The notes beneath the pieces were generated by a model, which saw nothing but the letters and a program-made list of their open reading frames with translations, did not search any database and was not told the DNA's origin. A stretch of 64,000 bases of DNA from Patescibacteria group bacterium (GTDB lineage: Bacteria; Patescibacteriota; Minisyncoccia; Phycocordibacterales; UBA1006): positions 19,148 through 83,147 of the forward strand of contig JAQBQS010000010.1 of NCBI GenBank assembly GCA_028286885.1, written 5' to 3'. Shown piece after piece: positions 1-9,893 of this stretch. Position 1 is the stretch's first letter. The number at the start of each line of letters is the position of its first letter. The translations under genes and the position numbers were made by a program.

Positions 1-370
1 AATCATCATGGTCGATGCCGGATCTGTCGAACATCTCTGCTATCTCATAGCCGATTTCATCGCGCATGATGTAGTTGAGAGCTTGTGGCGAGATCCTGGT
101 ATCCACCATACGGTCACGGGACTCTACATCACCTGAGCTTGCTGCATTCTTGGCACCTTTTGGAACCGGAGCCAGCTTGGGCTTGTGAGCGTGCAGAGCG
201 ATGCGCCTTTGCGTTTGAGGAGATACCTCTTTGACTTTCTTCTGTTCCTGGACAGGTTTTGCAGTTTTGTGCTGCGCTGCCTTTTTTGGCTGTTGTTGGG
301 TAGTTGGGATTGCGGGTCCTCCTTTTGCTGCAAGCTCCCTTAGGATTGCGTTTGGATTGATGTTTTGCAT
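1..370 (-). CDS. hypothetical protein, partial (runs off left edge)
   Basis: ATG at 370 opens MQNINPNAILRELAAKGG..., open to base 1; TTGACA(423-418)-17-TATTCT upstream. Confidence 0.65.
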   Translation of the reverse strand, partial: MQNINPNAILRELAAKGGPAIPTTQQQPKKAAQHKTAKPVQEQKKVKEVSPQTQRRIALHAHKPKLAPVPKGAKNAASSGDVESRDRMVDTRISPQALNYIMRDEIGYEIAEMFDRSGIDHDD

Positions 371-465
371 TGTTTATTGGTTTTTATTACACTAAGAATA
401 GCATAATAAAGTACTTTTGTCAAGTACCCTTTCTGCCTTATATTTCCTACGTATTTTAGGAGAAT

Positions 466-1011
466 TTACTCCTTCCAATCAATATGTTTCAGTTCGCGAA
501 TATTGCACGTATTTGCAACAAACGTTACGCGGCCTGAGCCTTTTGCGTATGACTCGTAATGCATAGGATTCTTATCGGCATAGTCCTGATGATAATCCTC
601 AGCTTTGTAAAAATTCTTATAAGGGAAAACTTGGACGGCAATCGTCTCGCCTGGAAAAATTCCGCTGTCTCCTAATTCCTTGATCAGGGATAGAGCGATC
701 GCCTTTTCATCATCGTTGGAATAATAGATCGCCGTTTTGTACGCCTCTCCCCTGTCGTAAAACTGCCCGCCCGCATCAGTCGGATCGATATGGTCAAGAA
801 AAAACTGCGAAAGCTTTTTGAAGCTCGTAACATTCGGATCGTAGGTAACTTGGACCGCTTCGCGATGATCGCCATGATCCTGGTAAGTAGGATCCGGCGT
901 ATCGCCGCCAGCGTATCCGGATACTGCATCAATTACGCCCGCAATCGCGCGCAAATCATGTTCAACGCACCAGAAGCATCCGCCGGCGAATGTGGCTGTT
1001 TTTGTGTTCAT
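466..1011 (-). CDS. msrA: peptide-methionine (S)-S-oxide reductase
   Basis: FAGGCFWC active site, AEDYHQDY motif. Confidence 0.97.
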   Translation of the reverse strand: MNTKTATFAGGCFWCVEHDLRAIAGVIDAVSGYAGGDTPDPTYQDHGDHREAVQVTYDPNVTSFKKLSQFFLDHIDPTDAGGQFYDRGEAYKTAIYYSNDDEKAIALSLIKELGDSGIFPGETIAVQVFPYKNFYKAEDYHQDYADKNPMHYESYAKGSGRVTFVANTCNIRELKHIDWKE

Positions 1012-1066
1012 ACTCCTACTATATCAAAATAAAAAACACGGAACGAATCCATGTTTTATTAAAAAT

Positions 1067-1369
1067 TTAAGCCTTCAACTTCCATGCTGCCACGAAAGCT
1101 TGCTCCTTGTTGCCTTCGCTTGTTTTCCATTCCAGACCTTCGGAATAAAATTCCCTGGCGTCGTCCACTGTCGCGGATAGTTTTCTTCCTGACGAAAGGA
1201 TAATCTCATATGTTTGCCCGCCGTACATTTTGGGAAATGGAACACTAAAGGGAAATCCTTCGATTCTTTGATTTGGCTTATCAATAATTAGTTGATCTCT
1301 GCTGTCCCAATCAGGACTGCGATCTGCTACGGTTGTTTTTTCTAATGTATCTTCTGTGGTGGTACTCAT
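1067..1369 (-). CDS. hypothetical protein (orphan)
   Basis: 100-aa ORF, own TTGACA promoter at 1420-1415 and a downstream hairpin. Confidence 0.65.
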   Translation of the reverse strand: MSTTTEDTLEKTTVADRSPDWDSRDQLIIDKPNQRIEGFPFSVPFPKMYGGQTYEIILSSGRKLSATVDDAREFYSEGLEWKTSEGNKEQAFVAAWKLKA

Positions 1370-1464
1370 CGTATGTTGTTTAATTTAACAAAAGATTATC
1401 ACTTTTTATATTTTTGTCAATCAAAAAGAGGGGCGGCCTTCGGCCGCCCCTCTTTTTGATTTTG

Positions 1465-1546
1465 TGCACGAGAGAGGACTTGAACCTCCATGGGTCACCC
1501 CGCTACCACCTCAAGGTAGTGCGTCTACCAATTTCGCCACCCGTGC
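1465..1546 (-). tRNA. tRNA-Leu(GAG)
   Basis: cloverleaf, CTACC-TTGAGGT-GGTAG anticodon arm, long variable arm, GGTTCAAGTCC T arm. Confidence 0.96.
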
Positions 1547-1610
1547 ATCGTCGCCAAAGTATACTTATTTTTGTCGATTTTGCAAGCAAAAACGCCCGAA
1601 GGCGTCCTTG

Positions 1611-2051
1611 TTATTCCGCTGAATCTCCTTCCGGAGCCGCCTCTTCCATCATTTCCTCTGGCTGGGCCAGATCTGATGTTGAAGCGAAGAATCCGACGAA
1701 GTTTCGCATCTTTCGGCGAATGTCTCGTGTTACCTTCTCTCGGATGAAGTAAAGCTTTGAACGTCGAACTCGTGTTCGGCGGATTACTTCAATCTTGTCG
1801 ATTGACGGCGAGTAAAGCGGGAAGATTCGCTCGACGCCTACGCCGTGCGAGACCTTTCGAACGGTAAATGTTCCTCCGGCCTCGGCTCCGTGCTTGCGCG
1901 CGATAACGAGTCCTTCGAAGAGCTGGATTCGGGTCTTGCCCTTCTCCTCGATCTTGATCGAAACTTTTACGGTGTCTCCCGTTCGGATATCCAAATCTTT
2001 TCGATTTGCAGTATCCTTTGAAATAAATTGGTTGATGATTGTTCCTGCCAT
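1611..2051 (-). CDS. rplS: 50S ribosomal protein L19
   Basis: GDTVKV...RIQLFEG...GVGVERIFP...[10 protein letters not shown]; start set at MAGTII. Confidence 0.97.
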   Translation of the reverse strand: MAGTIINQFISKDTANRKDLDIRTGDTVKVSIKIEEKGKTRIQLFEGLVIARKHGAEAGGTFTVRKVSHGVGVERIFPLYSPSIDKIEVIRRTRVRRSKLYFIREKVTRDIRRKMRNFVGFFASTSDLAQPEEMMEEAAPEGDSAE

Positions 2052-2170
2052 AGTTAGGGTTCCCGACTCCGAACCCAATCGCGAAGATTGGATAAGGCTC
2101 AAGGGATGTAATGAATAACTGGCATACCTTAGCATATATGGGTATTCTTGGCAAGTTAAACCTCGCACCA

Positions 2171-2224
2171 GACCTCACCCGGTTTCCTGCGGAAACCACC
2201 CTCTCCTCTTCGAGGAGAGGGTCA
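2171..2224. repeat. GC-rich double-hairpin palindromic (REP-like) repeat
   Basis: GGTTTCC-TGC-GGAAACC followed by ACCCTCTCCTC-TTC-GAGGAGAGGGT. Confidence 0.75.
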
Positions 2225-2293
2225 GCAACAGGCTTCGAAAAGAGTTCAAATAAAAAACTACCTGAATAAACAGGTAGTTTTGATGGTTTTGAA

Positions 2294-2812
2294 TCATTTT
2301 GCAAGCGACAGTCCTTTGGGAAAAGTTTTCCCAAGCCAAGTGCGCTTTCCGGCAACCGGAAGATAGCTCTTTCCGAGCACAACCGGAATGTCTGGCCGGA
2401 TCATACGATACGGAGCCAGCGAAATTTCAAGCTTCAGAAATGTTGCGAATTCTGATTGTTGAAAATCCGAATCATCGAGGATCGTGATAAAGTCCTTCAG
2501 CCGTCCGCATTCATCCGGAGACAATCTCTTCGCTCCCGAAAATCTGTATCCCAGCGGGATTCTTGTAAAAATATCCTTCCAAACATTTATGATTGATCCG
2601 AAGTTTTCTTGGGAAAACGCAACTTCTTCTTTCTCGGCGATGATCATGAATTCAAGAAGGATGCGTTCGTACGAATCGTTTTCGCAAGGAACGCCATTTT
2701 CAACGATGCGTGCATGTCCGGCAAATCCTGAAAGCAGTTCCTTATGGTTCATTTTCGAAAGCAGGTCGCAGTACAATTGCTTTCCTATTTTCGTCGTGTA
2801 GATTATCTCCAT
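2294..2812 (-). CDS. hypothetical protein (orphan)
   Basis: 172-aa ORF, AT-rich leader, TTGACA at 2873-2868. Confidence 0.7.
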   Translation of the reverse strand: MEIIYTTKIGKQLYCDLLSKMNHKELLSGFAGHARIVENGVPCENDSYERILLEFMIIAEKEEVAFSQENFGSIINVWKDIFTRIPLGYRFSGAKRLSPDECGRLKDFITILDDSDFQQSEFATFLKLEISLAPYRMIRPDIPVVLGKSYLPVAGKRTWLGKTFPKGLSLAK

Positions 2813-2891
2813 TTTTTAGGTTTAAGTTTTTGAATGTTTCCGGCAGATTACTTTTTTATTGATTTTTTGTCAAGAAAACCCCTCACGGGGA

Positions 2892-3626
2892 TTACTTCGC
2901 AGCATCCAAAATTTTCTTCATATCCTCAGGAATCGGAGCCTTTACCTCGACGACGTTTCCTTCCAAATCCTTGAATGTGATCTTCTCGGCATGAAGCGCC
3001 GTTCGCGAGATTGGCAAATCTGATTTCTTGTTCCCTGCATAGATCGGATCACAAACAATCGGATATCCGAATGCGGCAAGATGCACGCGAATCTGATGCG
3101 TTCGCCCTGTTTCCGGAAACAAATCCACGTAGGTGTATTTCTCATCTCGCACGATGAATTTTTTCTGAACTGCAAATCTTGTAACCGCTGGACGCATTTG
3201 TCCGCGTGCGCGCGACTCCACTGCCCATGCGCGAATGTTAGAACCGGATCGTCCGATCGGCTTGTCGATGATCCCCCGTTCGTCGCGCACCCAGCCGAAC
3301 ACGATCGCCGCGTATTTTTTCTTGATCGTGTGTTCCTTGAACTGCTCCTTCAAGCTTTCAAACGCAGCCTGCGTTTTTGCAATGACCAAAACGCCCGACG
3401 TATCACGGTCGATGCGGTGCACGATTCCCGCGCGCAAAATCTCGACCGTTTCGCCTCCGTGCTCGATCGTCATCTTCTCGCCGACGTCCGCCGAGGCAGG
3501 ATACTTTTCAAGAAACCACGCAGCGACCGACGGCTCCGGATGTCGTCCGTCTTCATGCACGATCAAACCGGCCGGCTTGTCGATGACCAAGAATTCAGAT
3601 GTTTCGAGTAAGATAGGGATGTTCAT
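2892..3626 (-). CDS. RluA/RluD family pseudouridine synthase
   Basis: DKPAGLIVH, HRIDRDTSG catalytic motif, TGRTHQIRVH. Confidence 0.96.
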   Translation of the reverse strand: MNIPILLETSEFLVIDKPAGLIVHEDGRHPEPSVAAWFLEKYPASADVGEKMTIEHGGETVEILRAGIVHRIDRDTSGVLVIAKTQAAFESLKEQFKEHTIKKKYAAIVFGWVRDERGIIDKPIGRSGSNIRAWAVESRARGQMRPAVTRFAVQKKFIVRDEKYTYVDLFPETGRTHQIRVHLAAFGYPIVCDPIYAGNKKSDLPISRTALHAEKITFKDLEGNVVEVKAPIPEDMKKILDAAK

Positions 3627-3664
3627 GGATCTCATCTTACTTATTTGAGCCAAAAAAGAAACCC

Positions 3665-4192
3665 TCATCGCGTGATGAGGGTCTGAAGACTTGGAATAAC
3701 TTCGTGCGCGATGCCGAGCTCGAGCATTTGCTCGGGTACGAGGCGCTTCTCGTTGAGAAGGAAGACATCCGCTACGGAAAGATTTGTTCTCTTGGCAATG
3801 AACTCTGCGGTTTCTTGGCGCATGATTTCAAGCTTGTCCGATTCGACCCCTTTCATCAGCTTATGACCCTCCATTTTGACCGGAAGATGAATCATGCCTC
3901 TTGAATCTGGGGTTATTGTGCGATACTTTCCTAATAAAAAAAGTTTCAAATAACCTGAGACAAATATGCCGCCGTGGGTGTGAACAGAAGACCCTTTTGC
4001 GTACAGGTCGGTAAATCCTATGAATGCTTGGTACGCGAGAAGCGATCGAGTACCGCATTGCACGTCAATAATTATAAGATTGCGATCAAATAAAGGAACT
4101 TCGGAAGCAAAGCGGAGAAAATCTTTTACAAGTTTCTCGCTTAAGCCTTCCTTGAAGGAAAACACTTGAGAACTTGTGAATTTTCTTTGCAT
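3665..4192 (-). CDS. divergent ClpP-like protease subunit
   Basis: R-TITPDSRGMIHLP and PEQMLELGIAHEVI resemble ClpP motifs. Confidence 0.55.
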   Translation of the reverse strand: MQRKFTSSQVFSFKEGLSEKLVKDFLRFASEVPLFDRNLIIIDVQCGTRSLLAYQAFIGFTDLYAKGSSVHTHGGIFVSGYLKLFLLGKYRTITPDSRGMIHLPVKMEGHKLMKGVESDKLEIMRQETAEFIAKRTNLSVADVFLLNEKRLVPEQMLELGIAHEVIPSLQTLITR

Positions 4193-4265
4193 CTTGACTT
4201 ATTTTTTGTTTGGGTATATGATAGCATGTATTATAAGATAAGTCAAGTATTCCCCTTTTAAATTT

Positions 4266-4451
4266 ATGGAAAACATGGATAATTTGATCAAGAAGCCAGC
4301 AGTGGACGATGTTGAGGAAAACCTCAGCGTTGACGCTGATGGAAACGCGCGAACACTCCGAACACTTATGGACGGATCAGTAGGAAAATACAGCCACCAG
4401 GAAGAATTGGAAGCAAACACGGCTTTCCGAGAAAACTCTGAGAACAAATAA
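4266..4451 (+). CDS. small acidic hypothetical protein
   Basis: 61-aa ORF followed by a hairpin terminator. Confidence 0.45.
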   Translation: MENMDNLIKKPAVDDVEENLSVDADGNARTLRTLMDGSVGKYSHQEELEANTAFRENSENK

Positions 4452-4516
4452 TATTCAAATCAAAAATCCCCAGTTAATGGGGATTTTTGATTTCGGCGGT
4501 ATTCTTGCGAAATGTG

Positions 4517-4589
4517 TGCGGGATGCAAGACTCGAACTTGCGACCTTCTCGGTGTAAACGAGTTGCTCTACCAACTGAGCTAATCCCGC
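4517..4589 (-). tRNA. tRNA-Val(TAC)
   Basis: GCGGGATTAGCTCAGTTGGTAGAGC...CTCGT-TTACAC-CGAG...GTTCGAGTC. Confidence 0.96.
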
Positions 4590-4664
4590 AAATAATAACT
4601 GCCGCACTATAGCACGGTTTACTGCCGGGCGCAAAGGTGATAGTGTTTCCTTGTCGCACAATGC

Positions 4665-4736
4665 GCCCCCGTAGTTCAATGGATAGAACAGGAGACTTCT
4701 AAGCTCTTGATCCAGGTTCGATTCCTGGCAGGGGCA
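4665..4736 (+). tRNA. tRNA-Arg(TCT)
   Basis: GCCCCCGTAGTTCAATGGATAGAAC...CTTCTAA loop...GGTTCGATTCC. Confidence 0.94.
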
Positions 4737-4756
4737 CTCTTTGATACAATTAATAT

Positions 4757-4987
4757 ATGATTACTCCAGGAAAAGTATATGTCCATCGGGGAGGAGGAAG
4801 ATATACGGTCCTGCACGTTTGCGAGGATTCGACGAACGCCCGCAACGGAACGCTTGGGGTCGTATACGTGTCCCTGACCTACGGCAAGATACGATACCGC
4901 GATCTGTCCGAGTTCGAGGAGGAGATCCAATGGCCGGACGGCATTGTGCGGCCCAGGTTCACCCTCGAAGATACCGTGAAAAAATAA
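4757..4987 (+). CDS. DUF1653-like small protein
   Basis: PGKVYVHRGGGRYTV...VVYVSL...YRDLSEF pattern. Confidence 0.75.
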   Translation: MITPGKVYVHRGGGRYTVLHVCEDSTNARNGTLGVVYVSLTYGKIRYRDLSEFEEEIQWPDGIVRPRFTLEDTVKK

Positions 4988-5007
4988 AATCCCGCACGTG
5001 CGGGATT

Positions 5008-6072
5008 TTATTTTTTCAGATATACCAGCGCAAGCGACAACGCCTCCGCATATTGCGGGACATCTGATGCGGGAAGGCTCATGATCGGGATATGCTTGGC
5101 GCCTGAGGCCGCCCATACGTCGAGCGCGACGACGGGAAGCCGTGCGGCCGTTCCCAAGTAGTCAGCGAGCCCTCTTGTCGAAAGTCCGATTCCGTAGACG
5201 ACAATCTTGTCGATCGAGAAACGTTCGCCAAACAATTTGTATTCTTTCTGCTTGACCGCAAGGATCTGGCGATCAATACTTTCAACAATCGGCGCGAGCG
5301 CACGGTGGATGTCGGAGAGGACGGTCGTGTCAGGATGGCTGCCCATCACGCCATGCTTCTCGACTATTTTCGAGGCATCAACATGCGAAATGCGAAGTCG
5401 CTCTTCAACAGCATTGATAATAGAATTATTGCCGACTGATATGACATCGTTGGAAACAGGATGGTATCCGTGCACAACGGAAATGCTCGTCTTGTTTTCG
5501 CCGACGGAAACCGCAATGTAGCCCTGACCAGTCGGAACGCCGGTGCAGGCTTTGGCGACGGCGTGATTCGCGGTTTCCACATGCTTAATCGTAACTCCCG
5601 CCTGCTTGAACAATCGCGCGATGTGGACCACGACGGATTTTGCAACAAGCGTCACGTGCAGGTCGTAGCCCGACTCGCCCTCGCGAATGACATCATATTC
5701 GCAGACATAATCGTCAAAGCCGAGGAGATCGTGCGCCTCGCAGTACGTTTTCAAGTGGTCAGTTACGACATCATTCAATTGTTTCGCCGGAACGCGTGCA
5801 ACGTGCGTGTGGAAGAAAATCGCCGCCGCGTCAGGCACAACGCAATTGGCATTCTCGATTTTTCGAACTTTGGCGAACTCGCGCATTTTTTCAACGAACT
5901 GCGCATCCTCGAGGATCGCGCCGCCCGTGTCGACAATTCCAGACAGCCTGACAGTTTCGTGGTGGGCAACCCGGATTCCTTGATCCGACTCTTGGAGAGA
6001 GATAAATCGGACGCACTCTTCACCAAACGCGAATGCGTCGGAGGTTTTTTGTTTCTTGGACAAGAAAGACAT
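5008..6072 (-). CDS. pilM: type IV pilus assembly PilM-like (actin-fold) protein
   Basis: 354 aa; SVGENKTSISVV, AEALSLAL end; PilM/FtsA-like layout, divergent. Confidence 0.7.
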   Translation of the reverse strand: MSFLSKKQKTSDAFAFGEECVRFISLQESDQGIRVAHHETVRLSGIVDTGGAILEDAQFVEKMREFAKVRKIENANCVVPDAAAIFFHTHVARVPAKQLNDVVTDHLKTYCEAHDLLGFDDYVCEYDVIREGESGYDLHVTLVAKSVVVHIARLFKQAGVTIKHVETANHAVAKACTGVPTGQGYIAVSVGENKTSISVVHGYHPVSNDVISVGNNSIINAVEERLRISHVDASKIVEKHGVMGSHPDTTVLSDIHRALAPIVESIDRQILAVKQKEYKLFGERFSIDKIVVYGIGLSTRGLADYLGTAARLPVVALDVWAASGAKHIPIMSLPASDVPQYAEALSLALVYLKK

Positions 6073-6095
6073 GAAAAAATTATAGCATATGTCAG

Positions 6096-6245
6096 TACCA
6101 CCCCGCCTTCGGCACCCCTCCTAGAAGGAGGGGACAACTTCGTAGTTACTGAAATCTGTGATCTGACTGGACATTAGATTTTGAAAATAAATTTTATGGG
6201 ACTGTCTCCCCCTTTTAGGGGGAGTGCCCGTAGGGCGAGGGGGTA
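6096..6245. repeat. inverted pair of REP-like double-hairpin repeats (6096-6137 and 6203-6245)
   Basis: CCCCTCCTAGAAGGAGGGGACA and TGTCTCCCCCTTTTAGGGGGAGTG; second copy shares 24 nt exactly with 39386-39409. Confidence 0.8.
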
Positions 6246-6266
6246 TTGCCGTGCTAAACTTCCCCC

Positions 6267-6869
6267 ATGACCCTTCCTCACTTCGATCTCAAAATACTTC
6301 TCGAAACCGTCGGCTATCTCGGACTCTTTGCAATCGTATTCGCCGAGAGTGGGCTTTTCATCGGATTCTTTTTGCCGGGCGATACGCTGCTTTTCACCGC
6401 GGGACTTCTCGCATCACAGGGATATTTTTCGATCCCTCTCGTCATCGTTTTCGCGGTCGTCGCGGCGATTCTCGGCGATTCGTTCGGATACTGGTTCGGA
6501 CGCAGGGCCGGAAAAAGGCTTTTCAAGAAAGAAGATTCGTTCCTTTTTAGTAAAAAAAATCTCGCCAAGAGCCAGGAGTTTTACAAGAAGTACGGATCAA
6601 AAACGATCATCCTCGCCCGCTTCATTCCGATCGTCCGCACGTTCGCGCCGATCCTCGCCGGAACGTCCGACATGGATTACAAAAAGTTCCTCGCCTACAA
6701 CGCGATCGGCGGAGTCGTCTGGGTTGCCGTCATGTCGCTTCTCGGCTACCTTCTCGGCAACTCCATTCCCAACATCGACCACTACGTCCTCCCGATCATC
6801 CTTGGCATTTTTGTCATCTCGTTTATTCCGATTGTTTGGAATGTGATTAAAGAGAAAAGGAGAAAATAA
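6267..6869 (+). CDS. DedA/VTT family membrane protein
   Basis: FAESGL...FLPGDTLLF...LARFIPIVRTFAP. Confidence 0.96.
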   Translation: MTLPHFDLKILLETVGYLGLFAIVFAESGLFIGFFLPGDTLLFTAGLLASQGYFSIPLVIVFAVVAAILGDSFGYWFGRRAGKRLFKKEDSFLFSKKNLAKSQEFYKKYGSKTIILARFIPIVRTFAPILAGTSDMDYKKFLAYNAIGGVVWVAVMSLLGYLLGNSIPNIDHYVLPIILGIFVISFIPIVWNVIKEKRRK

Positions 6870-6896
6870 AAAACCCTTAGAATATAAGGGTTTTAC

Positions 6897-7538
6897 TCAG
6901 TCAAACTTGATCGTGACGCTTCTTTTATCAATTGATATTTCAACCTCGAACCTGTCTCCACTTCCCCATCTTTTTAAAAGTTCCTGGAAGAGTTTCGTTT
7001 CGACAGCCGGCATGGAGAACCTCCACTTGTCGTAGTCCAATCTTCTGAGAAGCCACCAGTCCACCCAATGCATTCCTGCAACCTGGTCTTCGGTTGCCAT
7101 CGAACCATCGGATGAAAAAACAAGCTCTGATTCAGCATTAATCAATCTTCGCAATACAATTCGATCCGCAGCAATGCGAATAAACAATTCGGATTCCGAT
7201 TTGAATTCGTCGAGTTTCGACAATCTTCCGGGAAGATCCAGGACTTCTTGGAGCGTGATTGTTGTTGCGACCATCCATATGTAATCCCTTGTTCCGCCCA
7301 TCATCGACGCGAACATCACCGTTATCTCGTCTCCGGGAAATAAACCTTCGCAAATTTCCTTGATAATAGTTTCCGATTCTTCCTGATGCTCGACCGCCCA
7401 ACATATCCAATCGACTTCGCCCATCAGATCCGCGCCATCTTCGGAGAGCTTCAGCTGTGCGACATTCTCGTACATGAAAAATGATTCTTTGCGAATATGC
7501 CGAACGGCAATTTGCCTGAACATTTCTGGTTCCTTCAT
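6897..7538 (-). CDS. hypothetical protein (orphan)
   Basis: long ORF; start set at MKEPEM after AT-rich leader. Confidence 0.7.
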   Translation of the reverse strand: MKEPEMFRQIAVRHIRKESFFMYENVAQLKLSEDGADLMGEVDWICWAVEHQEESETIIKEICEGLFPGDEITVMFASMMGGTRDYIWMVATTITLQEVLDLPGRLSKLDEFKSESELFIRIAADRIVLRRLINAESELVFSSDGSMATEDQVAGMHWVDWWLLRRLDYDKWRFSMPAVETKLFQELLKRWGSGDRFEVEISIDKRSVTIKFD

Positions 7539-7621
7539 TATGATTTTATTTTTTTGTTTGTGACAGTCTACGCCGAAAAGGCAATTTTGCAAGAAAAAGA
7601 GCCCGCGGGCTCTTTTTTAAT

Positions 7622-8053
7622 TTATCTCACCTTACTCCCCGGCGCGACCGGCTCATCCGGCACCAGAAATACAGGTTGTCCGTTCATCCCGTCCACTGCC
7701 ATGAGCATTCCATGCGACGTATGACCCTTGATTTCGCGCGGTTCCAAGTTCACGACATACAGAACCTGCTTACCGATCAATTCCTCATAATTGGGATAAA
7801 ATTCGCGGATACCGGAAATGATCTGGCGCATGTCCCGCTCCGGCTCGCTCGCGGCTGCAATGTCAAGTTTCGCAAGTTCGTCTTCGGTTAACACTGAATC
7901 AGCTTCAGGCACCACGTCGATAACCGGCTTCTTGATTCCAAAATCAATCTGGCATCGCAACAGCTTGTCGGTTCCCTCAACCGGTTCGATTTCGCGAATC
8001 GTTCCGATGCGGATATCTAATTTTTTAAACTCGTCATAAGTAACGTATTCCAT
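7622..8053 (-). CDS. tRNA-binding OB-fold protein (Trbp111/CsaA/MetG C-terminal type)
   Basis: YDEFKKLDIRIG...DKLL...RQIISGI...NLEPR...SHGMLM; ~30-aa acidic insert. Confidence 0.92.
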   Translation of the reverse strand: MEYVTYDEFKKLDIRIGTIREIEPVEGTDKLLRCQIDFGIKKPVIDVVPEADSVLTEDELAKLDIAAASEPERDMRQIISGIREFYPNYEELIGKQVLYVVNLEPREIKGHTSHGMLMAVDGMNGQPVFLVPDEPVAPGSKVR

Positions 8054-8115
8054 ATAACGCCACTCTAGCATAAAAAGAGATCCATGAAAAAAGCGCCCTC
8101 GGGGCGCATGTGAAT

Positions 8116-8445
8116 CTATGAAAGCAATCGTTCGTTGGCAACTTTCTCTATGCGGAACGTGGCATAGTCCGTTCGCTTGTAGACATATTGTTTAACATCC
8201 CAAGCGCTTTCCTCGCGATCGAGTTCGATAATTCCTTCACCACGGAGGAGGTCGAACTCCTCTTCGCTCAAAAGAATTTCGTTCCTGATGGCGTTTTTGT
8301 AAAAGACAACTTTTCGCTCGATTGAATGCCGGAATGCGTAGGTTATTGAAGTCTCAATAACTTCCACAACTGCCACATAGTGCAGGCACATCAGAATTCC
8401 TGCAAGCCTCGTCTTCGTTGTTGAATCGTTTCCCTTCTCTATCAT
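8116..8445 (-). CDS. hypothetical protein (orphan)
   Basis: 109-aa ORF with AT-rich leader. Confidence 0.6.
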   Translation of the reverse strand: MIEKGNDSTTKTRLAGILMCLHYVAVVEVIETSITYAFRHSIERKVVFYKNAIRNEILLSEEEFDLLRGEGIIELDREESAWDVKQYVYKRTDYATFRIEKVANERLLS

Positions 8446-8493
8446 CTGTCTTGTTATTTTTTTAAAAAATGACCGGTTTGAAACCGGTCTCTG

Positions 8494-8895
8494 CTACGCA
8501 CCGATCGAACGCTGGTAGTGGCTGACGCCCGTGCGCGAGACGCCGATTTTGAAGTCGACGATTCTCACCGTCCTTTCGGGATAAATCTTTTCCCAAGGAA
8601 CTTCCGGCGTTTCAGTAACCCAAATTTCGCAATCGTATCCGTTGAACACTTTCAAATCGATGTTCGAGTCTCTGTTTATGTATTCCATTGAATACCCTTC
8701 GCCAAGCGCGATCCTGAGCGGAAACCTCTTGCGCGTTTCGCCGAGGAGAACTTCTGCCGACTCAAGCATCTGCCTGATCCGCTGGTGAATGCTGATGATT
8801 CCAAGCCTTTGAAGCTTCAGGAAATATTCTGACTCGAACGGTTCTCGCGCAGCGGAAAGTCTTGCGTCCGGAATTCTTTCCAAAAATGATTTCAT
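8494..8895 (-). CDS. hypothetical protein (orphan)
   Basis: 133-aa ORF; TTGACA inside ruvX 3' end (8947-8942). Confidence 0.65.
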   Translation of the reverse strand: MKSFLERIPDARLSAAREPFESEYFLKLQRLGIISIHQRIRQMLESAEVLLGETRKRFPLRIALGEGYSMEYINRDSNIDLKVFNGYDCEIWVTETPEVPWEKIYPERTVRIVDFKIGVSRTGVSHYQRSIGA

Positions 8896-8930
8896 ATTCT
8901 TCTGTTTTATTCTTGGGGAGAATATCGTAT

Positions 8931-9392
8931 TTAATTGCCTTTGTCAAGATACCGTTGCAGCATGATCGCCGCTGCACGATCGTCTATTTTATTAGGCGCC
9001 AAATTATTTTTTCCTCTCTGTTTCAAGTTGGCGACATTATGATTTGATTTCTCGAAATCCATTGATTTGGCGAACATTGATGAAAACCGTTCGTCCTGCG
9101 TTTCAACAGGAACTCCTGCAAGCTTCGAGAGCTCCTCGCAAAAAACGTCGATGTCGTCCATGAGCGCGTTTCGCTTGCCTGCTTGGTCCATCGAATTTCC
9201 CACGACAATTTTTTGAATATTCTCGGCAGAAACAAGTTCCAAGATTTCGACAAATGCATTCTTGGCATTTTCGCGGTTTGAAATTTTCGGATCGGACTGG
9301 ATTATTTTTTTCGGAAACGCAAACACGCCCGACTCGTCGGAAATCGCGAGGCCTATTCGTTTGGTTCCGTAGTCGATGCCGAGATGCTTCAT
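8931..9392 (-). CDS. ruvX: YqgF/RuvX family nuclease
   Basis: LGIDYGTKRIGLAISD, DERFSS, DDRAAAIMLQRYL. Confidence 0.96.
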   Translation of the reverse strand: MKHLGIDYGTKRIGLAISDESGVFAFPKKIIQSDPKISNRENAKNAFVEILELVSAENIQKIVVGNSMDQAGKRNALMDDIDVFCEELSKLAGVPVETQDERFSSMFAKSMDFEKSNHNVANLKQRGKNNLAPNKIDDRAAAIMLQRYLDKGN

Positions 9393-9437
9393 ACTTGACT
9401 TTAATGAGTTTTGACACTATAGTTTAAAAAAATAAAT

Positions 9438-9611
9438 ATGGCAAACGAAACCCAAACCTTCAAACAACTGAAATCAAAAACACTTCCCTTTGCATTCATT
9501 GAAACGATCCTCCCGCGCTGGGCCATTGTTCCGTTCATCATCGTATGCATCGCCGCCCTCTTGGCGATCACGATCTTCGGCGGACAGATGCTGGCGTATT
9601 TTTTTGGATAA
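9438..9611 (+). CDS. small membrane protein (57 aa, below ORF-track cutoff)
   Basis: MANETQTFKQLK...WAIVPFIIVCIAALLAITIFGG; TATAGT upstream, terminator downstream. Confidence 0.65.
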   Translation: MANETQTFKQLKSKTLPFAFIETILPRWAIVPFIIVCIAALLAITIFGGQMLAYFFG

Positions 9612-9730
9612 GACTGAAACAACTACTTTTTTGAAAACTCCCCGTGCGGAGTTTTTTTATATGACATTGTGCCAAGAAGACAACGGGCTAAAAACTTGAA
9701 AAAATCCGGGAATAGTGTAATATCGTCCCC

Positions 9731-9815
9731 GGAAGTGTGGCCGAGTGGTTTAAGGCACCGGTCTTGAAAACCGACGTCTCGTAAGGGACCGTGAGTTCGA
9801 ATCTCACCACTTCCG
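9731..9815 (+). tRNA. tRNA-Ser(TGA)
   Basis: GGAAGTGTGGCCGAGTGG...CTTGAAA loop, long variable arm; TTGAAA/TAATAT promoter upstream. Confidence 0.96.
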
Positions 9816-9893
9816 CATGCGCGGATTGAAAAATCTCCTTCGGGGGATTTTTTGACGGATAAAAAAACCGCAGCGACGTGCTGCGGAAATAAA

